48,814 nt of DNA, taken from the NCBI GenBank assembly GCA_012800055.1, contig JAAZKA010000013.1, positions 1 to 48,814 of the forward strand, in the 5' to 3' direction. Below are positions 1 through 9,147 of this stretch, one piece after another (within the stretch, counting starts at the first letter, position 1; each line of letters opens with the position of its first letter). Origin of the DNA: Clostridiales bacterium (GTDB lineage Bacteria > Bacillota > Clostridia > Oscillospirales > QAMX01). Made by a program: the position numbers and the translations under genes. The notes under the pieces are model-generated. The model did no database searches, was not told the DNA's origin, and saw only the letters and a program-made list of their open reading frames with translations.

Positions 1-1
1 A

Positions 2-937
2 TTGCGGCGTCGGCGGCTCGGGTCGCCAGGAACGCGCAGTAGTCTTCGCTCTTGGGAGACGCGGCTCGAACCGGCAAAGATCGGATGGGCGGCGAAGGAT
101 GTCTACGGCCTGTCGTTCAACCGCCGCTTTCTCTTTAAGGACGGCCACGTCGAGATGAACCCCGGCATCAACAATCCAAACGTCGTGCGCGGCGTCGACG
201 TGATCGACCCGCAGCTCATCACACTCCGCGTAGACCGTATGGATGGCACCCCGATGGGCGTGCTTGCGAGCTTCGCGCTGCATCTGGATTCGGTGAGGGT
301 CAAGGGACCCGCGGGCTACTCGGCGGACTACCCGGGTATCATCGTACAGGATCTGCGGAAAAAGTACGGCAGCAACCTGGGGTTCGTCTGGTTGACCGGA
401 TGCTGCGGCAACATCAACCACATCGATACGACGGGCAAGGTGAAGCTTTGGCATGAGCCGATCGGCCATGCGCTGGCGGAGCACATCTCCGGGCTGTTCG
501 ACGGCATCGAGACGCAGGCTGACCTGCCGGTGCGTACGGCGACGCGTGAGATCACCGTGACGCTCGAGCGTCCGACGGCGGAGATGGTGGCGAAGGCGCC
601 GAATGCACCGCGTCACAGGGAGATGGCCAAGGCGATGAATCTGCCGGGCGGTACGAAGCCTTGCGAGGTGCTGTGCTACGCGATCGGTGACTTTGCGTAT
701 GTCGCACTGCCGGGCGAAGTGTTTGCGGAGTTCGGACTGGACATCAAGAAGCGCTCGCCGTTCGCCTGCACGCTGACCTGCGAGCTGGCCAACGCGTCCA
801 ACGGCTATGTAAAGACCCGTGAGGCTGCCGAACAGGGCGGCTACGAGGCGACGCCGTCCACCTACAACATCCTCGACCGCAACGCCGGCTATCTGATGGC
901 TGACGCAGCCGTTGAAAATCTGACCGAAATCCGATAA
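2..937 (+). CDS. Conserved hypothetical hydrolase-like protein, 5'-truncated by the window edge (possibly neutral/alkaline ceramidase-like fold)
   Basis: The ORF is open to the left edge and stops at TAA 935-937. The C-terminal pattern ALPGEVFAEFG...ELANASNGYV...GGYEATPS resembles ceramidase-type hydrolases, from memory only. Composition matches the high-GC flanks. Confidence 0.7.
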   Translation: MRRRRLGSPGTRSSLRSWETRLEPAKIGWAAKDVYGLSFNRRFLFKDGHVEMNPGINNPNVVRGVDVIDPQLITLRVDRMDGTPMGVLASFALHLDSVRVKGPAGYSADYPGIIVQDLRKKYGSNLGFVWLTGCCGNINHIDTTGKVKLWHEPIGHALAEHISGLFDGIETQADLPVRTATREITVTLERPTAEMVAKAPNAPRHREMAKAMNLPGGTKPCEVLCYAIGDFAYVALPGEVFAEFGLDIKKRSPFACTLTCELANASNGYVKTREAAEQGGYEATPSTYNILDRNAGYLMADAAVENLTEIR

Positions 938-971
938 CGCTCCCCTACTCTACCATACAGGAGGAAAACAC

Positions 972-1634
972 ATGAACGCACAATTTTCCCGATCTGATCT
1001 GAAGCTCCGCGCGAAGAGCAAGGTCGCAAATGTCCGCGGAGACAGCGTCGTCGTGACGCTGGTGTACATCATCATCATTGGGGCGGTCAACGGCATCGGA
1101 GGCGCTCTGACCGCGGTCAACCTCAACGCAGGCGTGTTTGTCAACATCATTGGCATGGGGGCATCGCTTCTGCTGGCACCGGTCTTTACCTACGGCTATG
1201 TTTTATACTGCCGCAACATCGTTACCGGTGCGCCACAGAGTATTAACAACTTGTTTGCGGGGTTCAATCAGTATTCCCGCGTCATCTGCACCGGCCTGCT
1301 CGTCGCGCTCTATACCTTCCTGTGGTCGCTGCTGTTCATTATCCCCGGTATCATTGCGAGCTACCGCTACCGCTTTGCCTATCAGTTTATCATCGACTAC
1401 CCCGAGATGACCGCAACCCAGGCGATCGAGGCGTCCAAGATGATGACACGGGGGCGGAAAATGGACCTGTTTGTACTCGACCTGAGTTTCATCGGCTGGA
1501 ACCTGCTGGTCGGCCTGACCTGCGGAATCCTCGGACTGTGGATCGCGCCGTATGAGCAGGCATCCGTGCAGGAGTTTTACGAGTATTACAAGTTCCTGGA
1601 CATGCAAAACCAAGGAAATCCCTTTCAGGTATGA
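972..1634 (+). CDS. DUF975-family integral membrane protein
   Basis: GGAGGA lies a few nt upstream of ATG 972. The 220-aa product has several hydrophobic helices and the segment YRYRFAYQFIIDYPEMTATQAIEASKMMTRGRK, typical of DUF975 proteins. Confidence 0.85.
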   Translation: MNAQFSRSDLKLRAKSKVANVRGDSVVVTLVYIIIIGAVNGIGGALTAVNLNAGVFVNIIGMGASLLLAPVFTYGYVLYCRNIVTGAPQSINNLFAGFNQYSRVICTGLLVALYTFLWSLLFIIPGIIASYRYRFAYQFIIDYPEMTATQAIEASKMMTRGRKMDLFVLDLSFIGWNLLVGLTCGILGLWIAPYEQASVQEFYEYYKFLDMQNQGNPFQV

Positions 1635-1636
1635 AT

Positions 1637-1675
1637 AAAACGACGCCCTCCCGTTTAACCGGAGGGCGTCGTTTT
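1637..1675. terminator. Bidirectional rho-independent terminator between convergent genes
   Basis: Perfect 15-bp stem AAAACGACGCCCTCC / GGAGGGCGTCGTTTT with a 9-nt loop. An A-tract on the left and a T-tract on the right allow it to work on both strands. Confidence 0.85.
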
Positions 1676-1683
1676 CTATCCTT

Positions 1684-2358
1684 TTATGTCTGCACAAGAC
1701 GCACAATGTCATAGCTTTTGAGCATCTGGACGAACGCTTTTTCATCCTCGGGGAACTCACGCAGGGACAGTCCGCCGCGCGCAAGATGGTGCCAGCGGTG
1801 AAAGTCGGTACCGGAGAACTGCGGGAGATGATGCTCTTCGGCATACGCGAGTGCCAGTCCGTTATGATTCGCGTGGTCGGGATGGCCGTTGTAGACCTCC
1901 GTGCCGTCCAGAAGCACCGGATCAGCCGGTACACACGGCGAACGGAACGGGTGAGCCTGAAAGAGGAATGCCCCGTGCGCACGGGCGAACGCGGAGTATT
2001 CGGCGAGCGTCATGTTGTAAAGTTCCGGATAGCGCACCAGATCGTCCGGGGAAAAACCGAAGACGATGTAGTCGTTGATGCTGTCGAAGAAGCGTATCTC
2101 CTGCCCGAACAGCACGCGCACGCCGAGTTTTTTACCGGCGTCCGCTGCGGCTTCATAACCACGAATGTACTGCGCGACCTTCTCCCTCCACGGGATATCG
2201 CCCATCTTCTCGAAGTGGTGGTTGTAGTAGTGGTCGGTGACACACACGCATGCGTAGCCCGCCGCGCGGTACAGCTCGATCATCTGCGCCGCCGGAACCT
2301 TTCCGCACGGGCTGACTTCATAAGTATGAACGTGGGGATCGATCAAGATTTCCTTCAT
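1684..2358 (-). CDS. PHP-domain metal-dependent phosphoesterase
   Basis: N-terminal IDPHVHTYEVSPCG motif and later VTDHYY / AHPF histidines are typical of the polymerase/histidinol-phosphatase (PHP) fold. It lies 26 bp downstream of the MBL gene on the same strand. Confidence 0.85.
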   Translation of the reverse strand: MKEILIDPHVHTYEVSPCGKVPAAQMIELYRAAGYACVCVTDHYYNHHFEKMGDIPWREKVAQYIRGYEAAADAGKKLGVRVLFGQEIRFFDSINDYIVFGFSPDDLVRYPELYNMTLAEYSAFARAHGAFLFQAHPFRSPCVPADPVLLDGTEVYNGHPDHANHNGLALAYAEEHHLPQFSGTDFHRWHHLARGGLSLREFPEDEKAFVQMLKSYDIVRLVQT

Positions 2359-2384
2359 TGTTCAAAAAGATCCTTCCGCTGTCT

Positions 2385-3218
2385 TCAGATTTCCAGCCGC
2401 ATGCCGTCGTAGGAGCAGAGCATCCCCTCGCGCGCGGCGGCAGCGGTCATGCTCTCGTGGGTCACGGCGATGTTGTGGGAGAAGTGGTTGACCACGCAGA
2501 AAGTATGCCGGTCGCAGACGCCGGAGGCGAGCAGCTTGTTCCGCAGGCGTACGACATTCGGCAGCCCCATGTGGCCGTGCAGGTGTGTATTGTCCTTGAC
2601 ACAGTAGCAGCAGTCGAAACTGATGAGATCATAGCAGATACCCGCGTGCGCGAGATAATCGAGCACGTCCGGAATCACCTCACCGGTGTCATGGAGGTAG
2701 AGGATGTGCTTGCCGTTCGTCTCAATGGCATAGCAAAACGCGTCCTCACTCTTGAGATGGTCGGCGGGCAGCGGAATCACTCGCGCGCCGCAGCACTCAA
2801 ACGGCTCGTAGGCACGCAGTTCATGCGTGACGATGTTTGAAAGCTTGTTGTTTTCATAACCGTTGACACGCTCAATACGCGCGAGAGCGTCATGACCGGA
2901 TGCGATGTGCAGCGTGGGAGCGGTAAAGTTGTGACCGTACGGAGCGCCGCGCGTCGCAAGGTCATTGGGGTAAAGATGGTCGGAGTGAGAATGCGTGACG
3001 AGCAGCAGGTCGACCCGCGACAGGTCAAGCGCACCGTCGAGCTTGTGCTTGTACGTGTCCGGCGGAAAATCAAACAGGATGTGTCCGTCGAGCAAGGCCT
3101 GCGACCGGGTGCGTATATTGCGTCCGCCGAGCTCCGCTGCCGCCTTGCACTGCGGGCAGTTGCAGAACAGCGCCGGCCAGCCTTCGGATGCTGCAGTACC
3201 CAGAAACAGAAACTCCAT
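2385..3218 (-). CDS. MBL-fold metallo-hydrolase (PhnP/phosphodiesterase-like)
   Basis: I trimmed the ORF-track start 3266 to ATG 3218, which has GGAGGG about 6 nt upstream. It carries the HSHSDH (HxHxDH) motif and an N-terminal CNCPQC cysteine cluster. Confidence 0.85.
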   Translation of the reverse strand: MEFLFLGTAASEGWPALFCNCPQCKAAAELGGRNIRTRSQALLDGHILFDFPPDTYKHKLDGALDLSRVDLLLVTHSHSDHLYPNDLATRGAPYGHNFTAPTLHIASGHDALARIERVNGYENNKLSNIVTHELRAYEPFECCGARVIPLPADHLKSEDAFCYAIETNGKHILYLHDTGEVIPDVLDYLAHAGICYDLISFDCCYCVKDNTHLHGHMGLPNVVRLRNKLLASGVCDRHTFCVVNHFSHNIAVTHESMTAAAAREGMLCSYDGMRLEI

Positions 3219-3327
3219 AAAGAACCCTCCATGAGGTGATTTGACATAAACAGTATTATACCACAATCCGTACGGTATTGCAAGCTTTTTACAAAACGGT
3301 AAATATCATCAGACCCGACGAAAATGA

Positions 3328-3356
3328 TTGACTTGACGAAAAAAATGTGCTATAAT
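3328..3356 (+). promoter_or_regulatory. Candidate sigma-A promoter for guaB
   Basis: TTGACT (3328-3333), a 17-nt spacer, then TGcTATAAT with an extended -10 (TATAAT at 3351-3356). The leader to ATG 3397 is only about 35 nt. Confidence 0.5.
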
Positions 3357-3396
3357 TCAAAAAATACAACCACATAGGGAAAGGGGATTGATCGCC

Positions 3397-4905
3397 ATGG
3401 CTTTTTATTACGACGAACCGTCTCGTACTTTTAATGAATATCTGCTGATTCCGGGTTACTCGTCCAGAGACTGTATACCGTCCCGTGTCAGCCTGAAGAC
3501 GCCGCTTGTTCGTTTCAAAAAGGGAAATACTTCCGCGATCACGATGAACATCCCGATGGTCAGCGCCATCATGCAGTCCGTGTCAGACTCGAACATGGCC
3601 ATCGCGCTCGCAATCGAGGGAGGAATCTCCTTTATCTACGGCTCGCAGAGCGTCGAGAACGAAGCCGCGATGGTTCGTCGCGTCAAGAGCTACAAAGCCG
3701 GTTTTGTCATCAGCGACGCGAACATCCGCCCGGACAATACCCTCGCCGATGTCCTCGAGCTGAAGGAGCGCTTCGGTCACTCGACGATGCCCGTCACTGA
3801 CGACGGCACGCCGACGGGCAAGCTGCTGGGCATCGTCACGAGCCGCGACTACCGTATCTCACGCATGTCTCCGGACACGAAAGTGCGCGAGTTTATGACG
3901 CCGTTTGAGAAGCTCGTCTACGCCTATGAGGGCGTGACGCTCAAAGAAGCCAACAATATCATCTGGGATCACAAACTCAACAGTCTCCCGATTATTACCC
4001 ACGAAGGTCACTTACAGAGTTTGGTGTTCCGTAAGGACTACGACGCGGATAAGGAGCATCCGAACTCGCTTCTCGATGCGCGGAAGCGGTATGTGGTCGG
4101 CGCGGGCATCAACACGCATGACTTTGCCGAGCGTGTACCGGCACTTGTGAACGCGGGTGCGGATGTGCTGTGCATTGACTCGTCCGAGGGCTTCACTGAG
4201 TGGCAGAAGATCACGATCGACTGGATCCGTGAAAAGTACGGAGATACGGTACGGGTCGGCGCGGGCAACGTCGTGGACCGTGAAGGATTCCTGTTCCTGG
4301 CGGAATGCGGCGCGGACTTCGTAAAGGTCGGCATCGGCGGCGGCTCAATCTGCATCACACGTGAGCAGAAGGGCATCGGACGCGGACAGGCGAGCGCGGT
4401 CATCGAGGTCGCGAAGGCGCGCGACGAGTACTACGAGCGTACCGGTGTGTATGTCCCGATCTGCTCCGACGGCGGCATTGTGTACGATTATCACATCACG
4501 CTGGCACTGGCAATGGGTGCGGATTTCGTGATGCTGGGCCGTTATTTTGCGCGGTTTGATGAGAGTCCGACGAATAAGCTGAACATCAACGGAAACTACG
4601 TGAAGGAATACTGGGGCGAAGGTTCCAGCCGTGCACGCAACTGGCAGCGATACGACATGGGCGGCGCAAATAAGCTCTCCTTCGAGGAAGGCGTCGACAG
4701 CTACGTACCGTACGCCGGCAAGCTCGCGGACAACGTCGCGATTACACTCAGCAAGATGCGCTCTACGATGTGCAACTGCGGTGCGCTCAGCATCCCGGAG
4801 CTGCAGCAGAAGGCAAAGCTGACCGTTGTGTCCTCCACCAGCATCGTCGAGGGCGGTGCGCATGACGTCATTCTGAAGGATAAAAACGCGATTGTCATCA
4901 AATAA
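3397..4905 (+). CDS. guaB: IMP dehydrogenase
   Basis: ATG 3397 follows AAAGGGGA. The product has a CBS-pair insert ([13 protein letters not shown]), the catalytic-cysteine loop [13 protein letters not shown] and the CSDGGI motif. It stops at TAA 4903-4905. Confidence 0.9.
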   Translation: MAFYYDEPSRTFNEYLLIPGYSSRDCIPSRVSLKTPLVRFKKGNTSAITMNIPMVSAIMQSVSDSNMAIALAIEGGISFIYGSQSVENEAAMVRRVKSYKAGFVISDANIRPDNTLADVLELKERFGHSTMPVTDDGTPTGKLLGIVTSRDYRISRMSPDTKVREFMTPFEKLVYAYEGVTLKEANNIIWDHKLNSLPIITHEGHLQSLVFRKDYDADKEHPNSLLDARKRYVVGAGINTHDFAERVPALVNAGADVLCIDSSEGFTEWQKITIDWIREKYGDTVRVGAGNVVDREGFLFLAECGADFVKVGIGGGSICITREQKGIGRGQASAVIEVAKARDEYYERTGVYVPICSDGGIVYDYHITLALAMGADFVMLGRYFARFDESPTNKLNINGNYVKEYWGEGSSRARNWQRYDMGGANKLSFEEGVDSYVPYAGKLADNVAITLSKMRSTMCNCGALSIPELQQKAKLTVVSSTSIVEGGAHDVILKDKNAIVIK

Positions 4906-4906
4906 A

Positions 4907-6106
4907 ATGCTGAAAGACATTTCTTTATCGCCGCCGGCTGCGTACGTCCTCACCCTCCTCGAACAGGGAGGGTTTGAGGCGTATGCCGTCGGCGGCTGCG
5001 TACGCGACAGCCTGTTGGGGCGTCCGGTGTCCGACTGGGATGTGACGACCTCCGCATTACCGGAGGAGGTCGGGCAGGTGTTCCGGGACTGCCGTGTGAT
5101 CGAGACGGGGCTGCGGCACGGGACGGTGACGGTACAAGTGGAGCAAGTGAGCGTGGAGGTGACAACCTTCCGCGCGGACGGCGCCTACTCCGACGGCCGT
5201 CATCCCGACTGCGTGACGTTTTCCCGGACGCTCGCGGATGACCTTGCGCGCCGTGATTTCACCGTGAACGCAATAGCCTACTCCCCCACTCTGGGTCTGC
5301 GTGATCTGTACGGCGGGCGGGCCGACCTTACGGCTGGAATTCTGCGCTGCGTGGGAGATCCGAAGCGCCGTTTTTCGGAGGATGGGCTGCGGATTCTGCG
5401 TGCGGTACGGTTCGCCGCACAGCTTGGGTTTACCGTGGAGCCGATCACGAAGCGCGCGTTGTATCACTGCGCGGGAATGTTGGGATGTGTCTCGGCGGAG
5501 AGAAAGTATGCGGAGTTATGTAAAACAGTCACCGCACAATACGCCGCCGGGACGATTGCGGAGTATGCGCCGCTGCTGCGTGAAATTGTTCCCGTGGCGG
5601 CAGATGCGGGCACAACGCTCGAACAGCTGCCGGATGCACTGAACGTACGGCTGGCGGCGTTACTGCGGGAGGAGACGCCCGAGGATGCGGTGGCAGCGCT
5701 CAGAAAGCTGCGCGCGGATGGGGAGACGGTGCGCACGGTGCGTACGCTGCTGCATGGGCTGGCAGAGGAGATGACGGGTGATCTGCCGTCGGTTCGCCGC
5801 ATGGTCGGACGTTATGGGGTATTATTGCCCGACGTGCTCCGATTGAAAGAAGCTGTATATCCGAATCAAAAGCCCCTGTATCGGACGATACAAGGGCTGA
5901 TAGATACGATTGAGGAACAGAAACTCTGCTGCACACTCGCACAGCTCGAAGTGAACGGACATGACCTGATGAATATGGGCATCGTCGAATGTGCGGTGGG
6001 AGATACACTGAACGCGCTGCTCGACGCGGTGATTGACGGATATGTGCCGAATGACCGCGGCACACTGCTGGAGCTTGCTCAGTCGATGTCGAAGGAGAAC
6101 AGGTGA
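4907..6106 (+). CDS. cca: CCA-adding tRNA nucleotidyltransferase / poly(A) polymerase family
   Basis: Carries the GGCVRDSLLGRPVSDWDVTT head motif and RRDFTVNAIAY. The start is ATG 4907 or TTG 4892, the latter overlapping the guaB stop. Confidence 0.85.
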   Translation: MLKDISLSPPAAYVLTLLEQGGFEAYAVGGCVRDSLLGRPVSDWDVTTSALPEEVGQVFRDCRVIETGLRHGTVTVQVEQVSVEVTTFRADGAYSDGRHPDCVTFSRTLADDLARRDFTVNAIAYSPTLGLRDLYGGRADLTAGILRCVGDPKRRFSEDGLRILRAVRFAAQLGFTVEPITKRALYHCAGMLGCVSAERKYAELCKTVTAQYAAGTIAEYAPLLREIVPVAADAGTTLEQLPDALNVRLAALLREETPEDAVAALRKLRADGETVRTVRTLLHGLAEEMTGDLPSVRRMVGRYGVLLPDVLRLKEAVYPNQKPLYRTIQGLIDTIEEQKLCCTLAQLEVNGHDLMNMGIVECAVGDTLNALLDAVIDGYVPNDRGTLLELAQSMSKENR

Positions 6107-7860
6107 AGCGTATTGCTTTTACCCCAGTCGGAAATAAACGTTGCGCGTACCGATTGAACAGTCTTACCAAGAGGAATAACTGTCAACCGCTTTATGTTTA
6201 CTGAATCCGCATAAAGCGGCTGCCATATGCCGTGCTCATCCATGAATTCCACCGTGTATTCTTTCATCAGCGTCCCGGGCATCGTCAGCCGGGGCGTATT
6301 TTTATAGACATTTGCGCGTGTGTTGTGGATACGCTCGACCCTGTTCTCAATCGCGATCGTACTGCGGTCAAGGTCGGAGTCGAACAGCAGACGCACACGG
6401 TTGACATAAGCAGCTTCGGGCAGTGTATAGGTGACAGTCGTGCCAGGTGCACAGAAGTAACCCTGCTCGCCGTCATAGGTGCGGTTGTTGCGGTCGGCAC
6501 CGTTGCGAAGGTTAGATAAAAACTCATCCGTTCCCGTCGAAGTCAGCGCGGCAGACATCGTGAGCGCGGACATCCGGCGCTTCGTATACGGGATAAAGCA
6601 GTCGTCGTACATCAGCGTCTGACGCAGCAGATCACAGTATTGTACATATACTCCGCGCGGCGTGGTATCCTTCTCCACGGCGATTGCGGCGGCTGTACCG
6701 ACTGCCTGACCGAGAAGTCCGCAGGTTGCCATGACGCGCGCGCTGCTCATCGCAGCATGGGTCATGCTGATATTACGGCCGGCGAAGAACAGGTTGGCGA
6801 TGTTGCGCGAATACAGGCAGCGATACGGGATCCCGTAAGGTGCGGGTGTTTTGCCCCAGGTGTTCGGATGGCCTTTGTGGTAGAAACCGCCGGGATGGTG
6901 ATCGTCGAGCGGCCAGCCTCCGAAGGCCACGACGTCGTCGAAGCGGCCCTCATTGAGGACGTCGCCCTGCGTCATGATGTAGTCGCCCATCATGCGTCGA
7001 GATTCACGCTTGCCGGGTAAAAATCCCAAAAAATCGAGCTGCCAATACTCGGAATCCGGAAATTCACCGCTGTTTTTGATGTGATTCCACATTCCCAGCG
7101 CCAGTGCAATCAGCTCATCGCGGACCTTTTCTGTGTCATGGATGGAGTCACGGTCGCCGCCCAACTCAAAGTACCAAAAGTTTTCCCCCGGGTTGTCCAG
7201 CACCGGATGCCGGAACTTCAGCACCTCCGGGTCGGGATGCAGCACCCAGTCCGGAGCGATGTACTCGCTCGGCTCGTCATAACGGCGTGCCTGGATCAGG
7301 CAGCTCATCCCCATCGTCTTGCGGTCGGCGACGGTCTGGCTGACCTTCTCACCGAACTCCGATGCAGCTTCACGTCCGACACGGTACTCCGCACCGGTCA
7401 GAGGTGCCAGTACGCTGTCGCCCGAGCAGTCGGCGAACAGCTTTGCGCGGACAGTTATGAACGTCTGCGTCGTCATCTGCCAGCCGGTCACGCTGATGAT
7501 CTGATTGTTGTCCATCTCCGCGTCCATACATGAGCAGTTGAGCAGCGCCGTGATGTTCGGTTCGTTTTTTACAAATTCAAAAAGCGTCGAATCCCAGATC
7601 GGCCACTGCTTGTACGGGTTGCGGTAGTTGTTGACCATCCGCAGTTCTTCTAAAAGACCCGTCTCGCGGTTGTTTTCTCCCGCTGCGCCGCAGACCCACA
7701 TGCGGATTTCGCTCGATGCGTTGCCGCCGAATACCGGACGCTCGTGCATAAGCGCAACCTTCGCTCCGTGCCGCGCCGCTGCGATGGCCGCGAACATTCC
7801 CGCGATGCCGCCTCCGACAACGCAGAAATCGACATCGACATATTGATGCGGTAAAGCCAT
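6079..7860 (-). CDS. FAD-dependent oxidoreductase (593 aa)
   Basis: N-terminal dinucleotide-binding motif FCVVGGGIAGMFAAIAAARHGAKVALMHER. GGAGGC lies upstream of ATG 7860. Its 3' end overlaps the cca 3' end by 28 bp (convergent). Confidence 0.85.
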   Translation of the reverse strand: MALPHQYVDVDFCVVGGGIAGMFAAIAAARHGAKVALMHERPVFGGNASSEIRMWVCGAAGENNRETGLLEELRMVNNYRNPYKQWPIWDSTLFEFVKNEPNITALLNCSCMDAEMDNNQIISVTGWQMTTQTFITVRAKLFADCSGDSVLAPLTGAEYRVGREAASEFGEKVSQTVADRKTMGMSCLIQARRYDEPSEYIAPDWVLHPDPEVLKFRHPVLDNPGENFWYFELGGDRDSIHDTEKVRDELIALALGMWNHIKNSGEFPDSEYWQLDFLGFLPGKRESRRMMGDYIMTQGDVLNEGRFDDVVAFGGWPLDDHHPGGFYHKGHPNTWGKTPAPYGIPYRCLYSRNIANLFFAGRNISMTHAAMSSARVMATCGLLGQAVGTAAAIAVEKDTTPRGVYVQYCDLLRQTLMYDDCFIPYTKRRMSALTMSAALTSTGTDEFLSNLRNGADRNNRTYDGEQGYFCAPGTTVTYTLPEAAYVNRVRLLFDSDLDRSTIAIENRVERIHNTRANVYKNTPRLTMPGTLMKEYTVEFMDEHGIWQPLYADSVNIKRLTVIPLGKTVQSVRATFISDWGKSNTLHLFSFDID

Positions 7861-8013
7861 AAATAAGCCTCCTATGCTATTGTATCCGCCATAAAAGATT
7901 CGATAACCGGTCCGTCATCTTACCGGAACACCGCCGCGTTCACAGCTGTCTGCAGCTTGCGCTGTGATCCGGCAGTGTGAGAGATTGACTTGTGTGTTCT
8001 ATAGAAGCTTTCC

Positions 8014-9147
8014 TTACGATTGCCGGAAGCGCTTTGAGCTTGCAAGCAGCAGAGCTTCCAGACATACCAGCCCCGCGAGGACGCCGAACGCCGCACGCAT
8101 TCCCACGGCGGTCTTTGTGAATGCCAACAGCAGCGGAATCGACATCCCACCTGCTGCACCCGCCGCGAGCATCCCGCCCGCCGCTGTGTCCGGTACATCC
8201 GCGCCGACCTTCGCTGCGTGAACCATGATCTGCGGCCACGTCGGTGCAAGCGTCAGTCCCGCGAGGAAGAAGCATGCCATCAACAGCAGAGGTGTCTTTA
8301 CAAACAGCGTTGCGCCGAAGCACAGCGCCGATATCGCAAGTCCCACGAGCGTCAGTTTTCCGACATGACGCTTGAGATACGCCGCACCCAGACGTCCCAG
8401 CGCCATTCCCAGCCAATACAGTGCCAGCAGCCAGGATGCGTTGATGTTCACATCGGCGGCAAAGGTGCCCGTCCAGAACGCGGCGCTCTCCTCGATGCCG
8501 ACGTACAGCAGCATCGCGGCGAACATCAGCAGATAGAACGGACGCTTCAGCACGCGGCCGAGATACAGCCCCTTGACGCGCGGCGGCGCCTTCGGCAATA
8601 CGGAACACGCCGTGATCACCGCGCACACGACGACAAGCGCCGCAACGGTTACATAGATTGCGCGCCAGTCCAGGCCGATATGTGCCAACAATGCCCCATA
8701 CAATGGGGAGAAGCATGCGCCGCCGCAGAAAAACATCTGAGAAAGGTTCATTACACGCGACTCATTGTCGGGATTTTCCTGGGCGAGCAGACTCGACATA
8801 CTCGACTCAATGGTACACGACGCACCGCCTGTGACGATCGCGCCGAGTGCGATGAAGGCGACCGACCGCGTGCTGGCAACGCACAGGATTCCGCCGAGCA
8901 TCAGCACGAACAGCCCGATGAGTACCGGCTTGCGTCCGATGCGGTCGGAAAGTTCGCCGACGAGCGGCGGCATGAAGAACGACGCTGCGAAGTGGCAGGA
9001 AATCAGCAGCCCGCTTGCCCAGGCGTAGAGGGAGAAGCGTTCGGTGATATCGGCGAGCGCATATTGGTAGGCGCTGATATACATCCCAAGCGCTGCCATG
9101 GACAGATAGCAGACGGCGTTGAGCCGCCGCGTTTGTGTTACACTCAT
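8014..9147 (-). CDS. MFS transporter
   Basis: Many hydrophobic helices and the MFS loop motif GELSDRIGRKPVL. I moved the start from 9156 to ATG 9147, which forms an ATGA overlap with the stop of the upstream gene. Confidence 0.85.
   Translation of the reverse strand: MSVTQTRRLNAVCYLSMAALGMYISAYQYALADITERFSLYAWASGLLISCHFAASFFMPPLVGELSDRIGRKPVLIGLFVLMLGGILCVASTRSVAFIALGAIVTGGASCTIESSMSSLLAQENPDNESRVMNLSQMFFCGGACFSPLYGALLAHIGLDWRAIYVTVAALVVVCAVITACSVLPKAPPRVKGLYLGRVLKRPFYLLMFAAMLLYVGIEESAAFWTGTFAADVNINASWLLALYWLGMALGRLGAAYLKRHVGKLTLVGLAISALCFGATLFVKTPLLLMACFFLAGLTLAPTWPQIMVHAAKVGADVPDTAAGGMLAAGAAGGMSIPLLLAFTKTAVGMRAAFGVLAGLVCLEALLLASSKRFRQS

Noticed and set aside
3219-3396. Purine riboswitch upstream of guaB
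   Set aside because: The predicted promoter leaves a ~35-nt leader, too short for an aptamer. No conserved purine-riboswitch junction sequences were seen.
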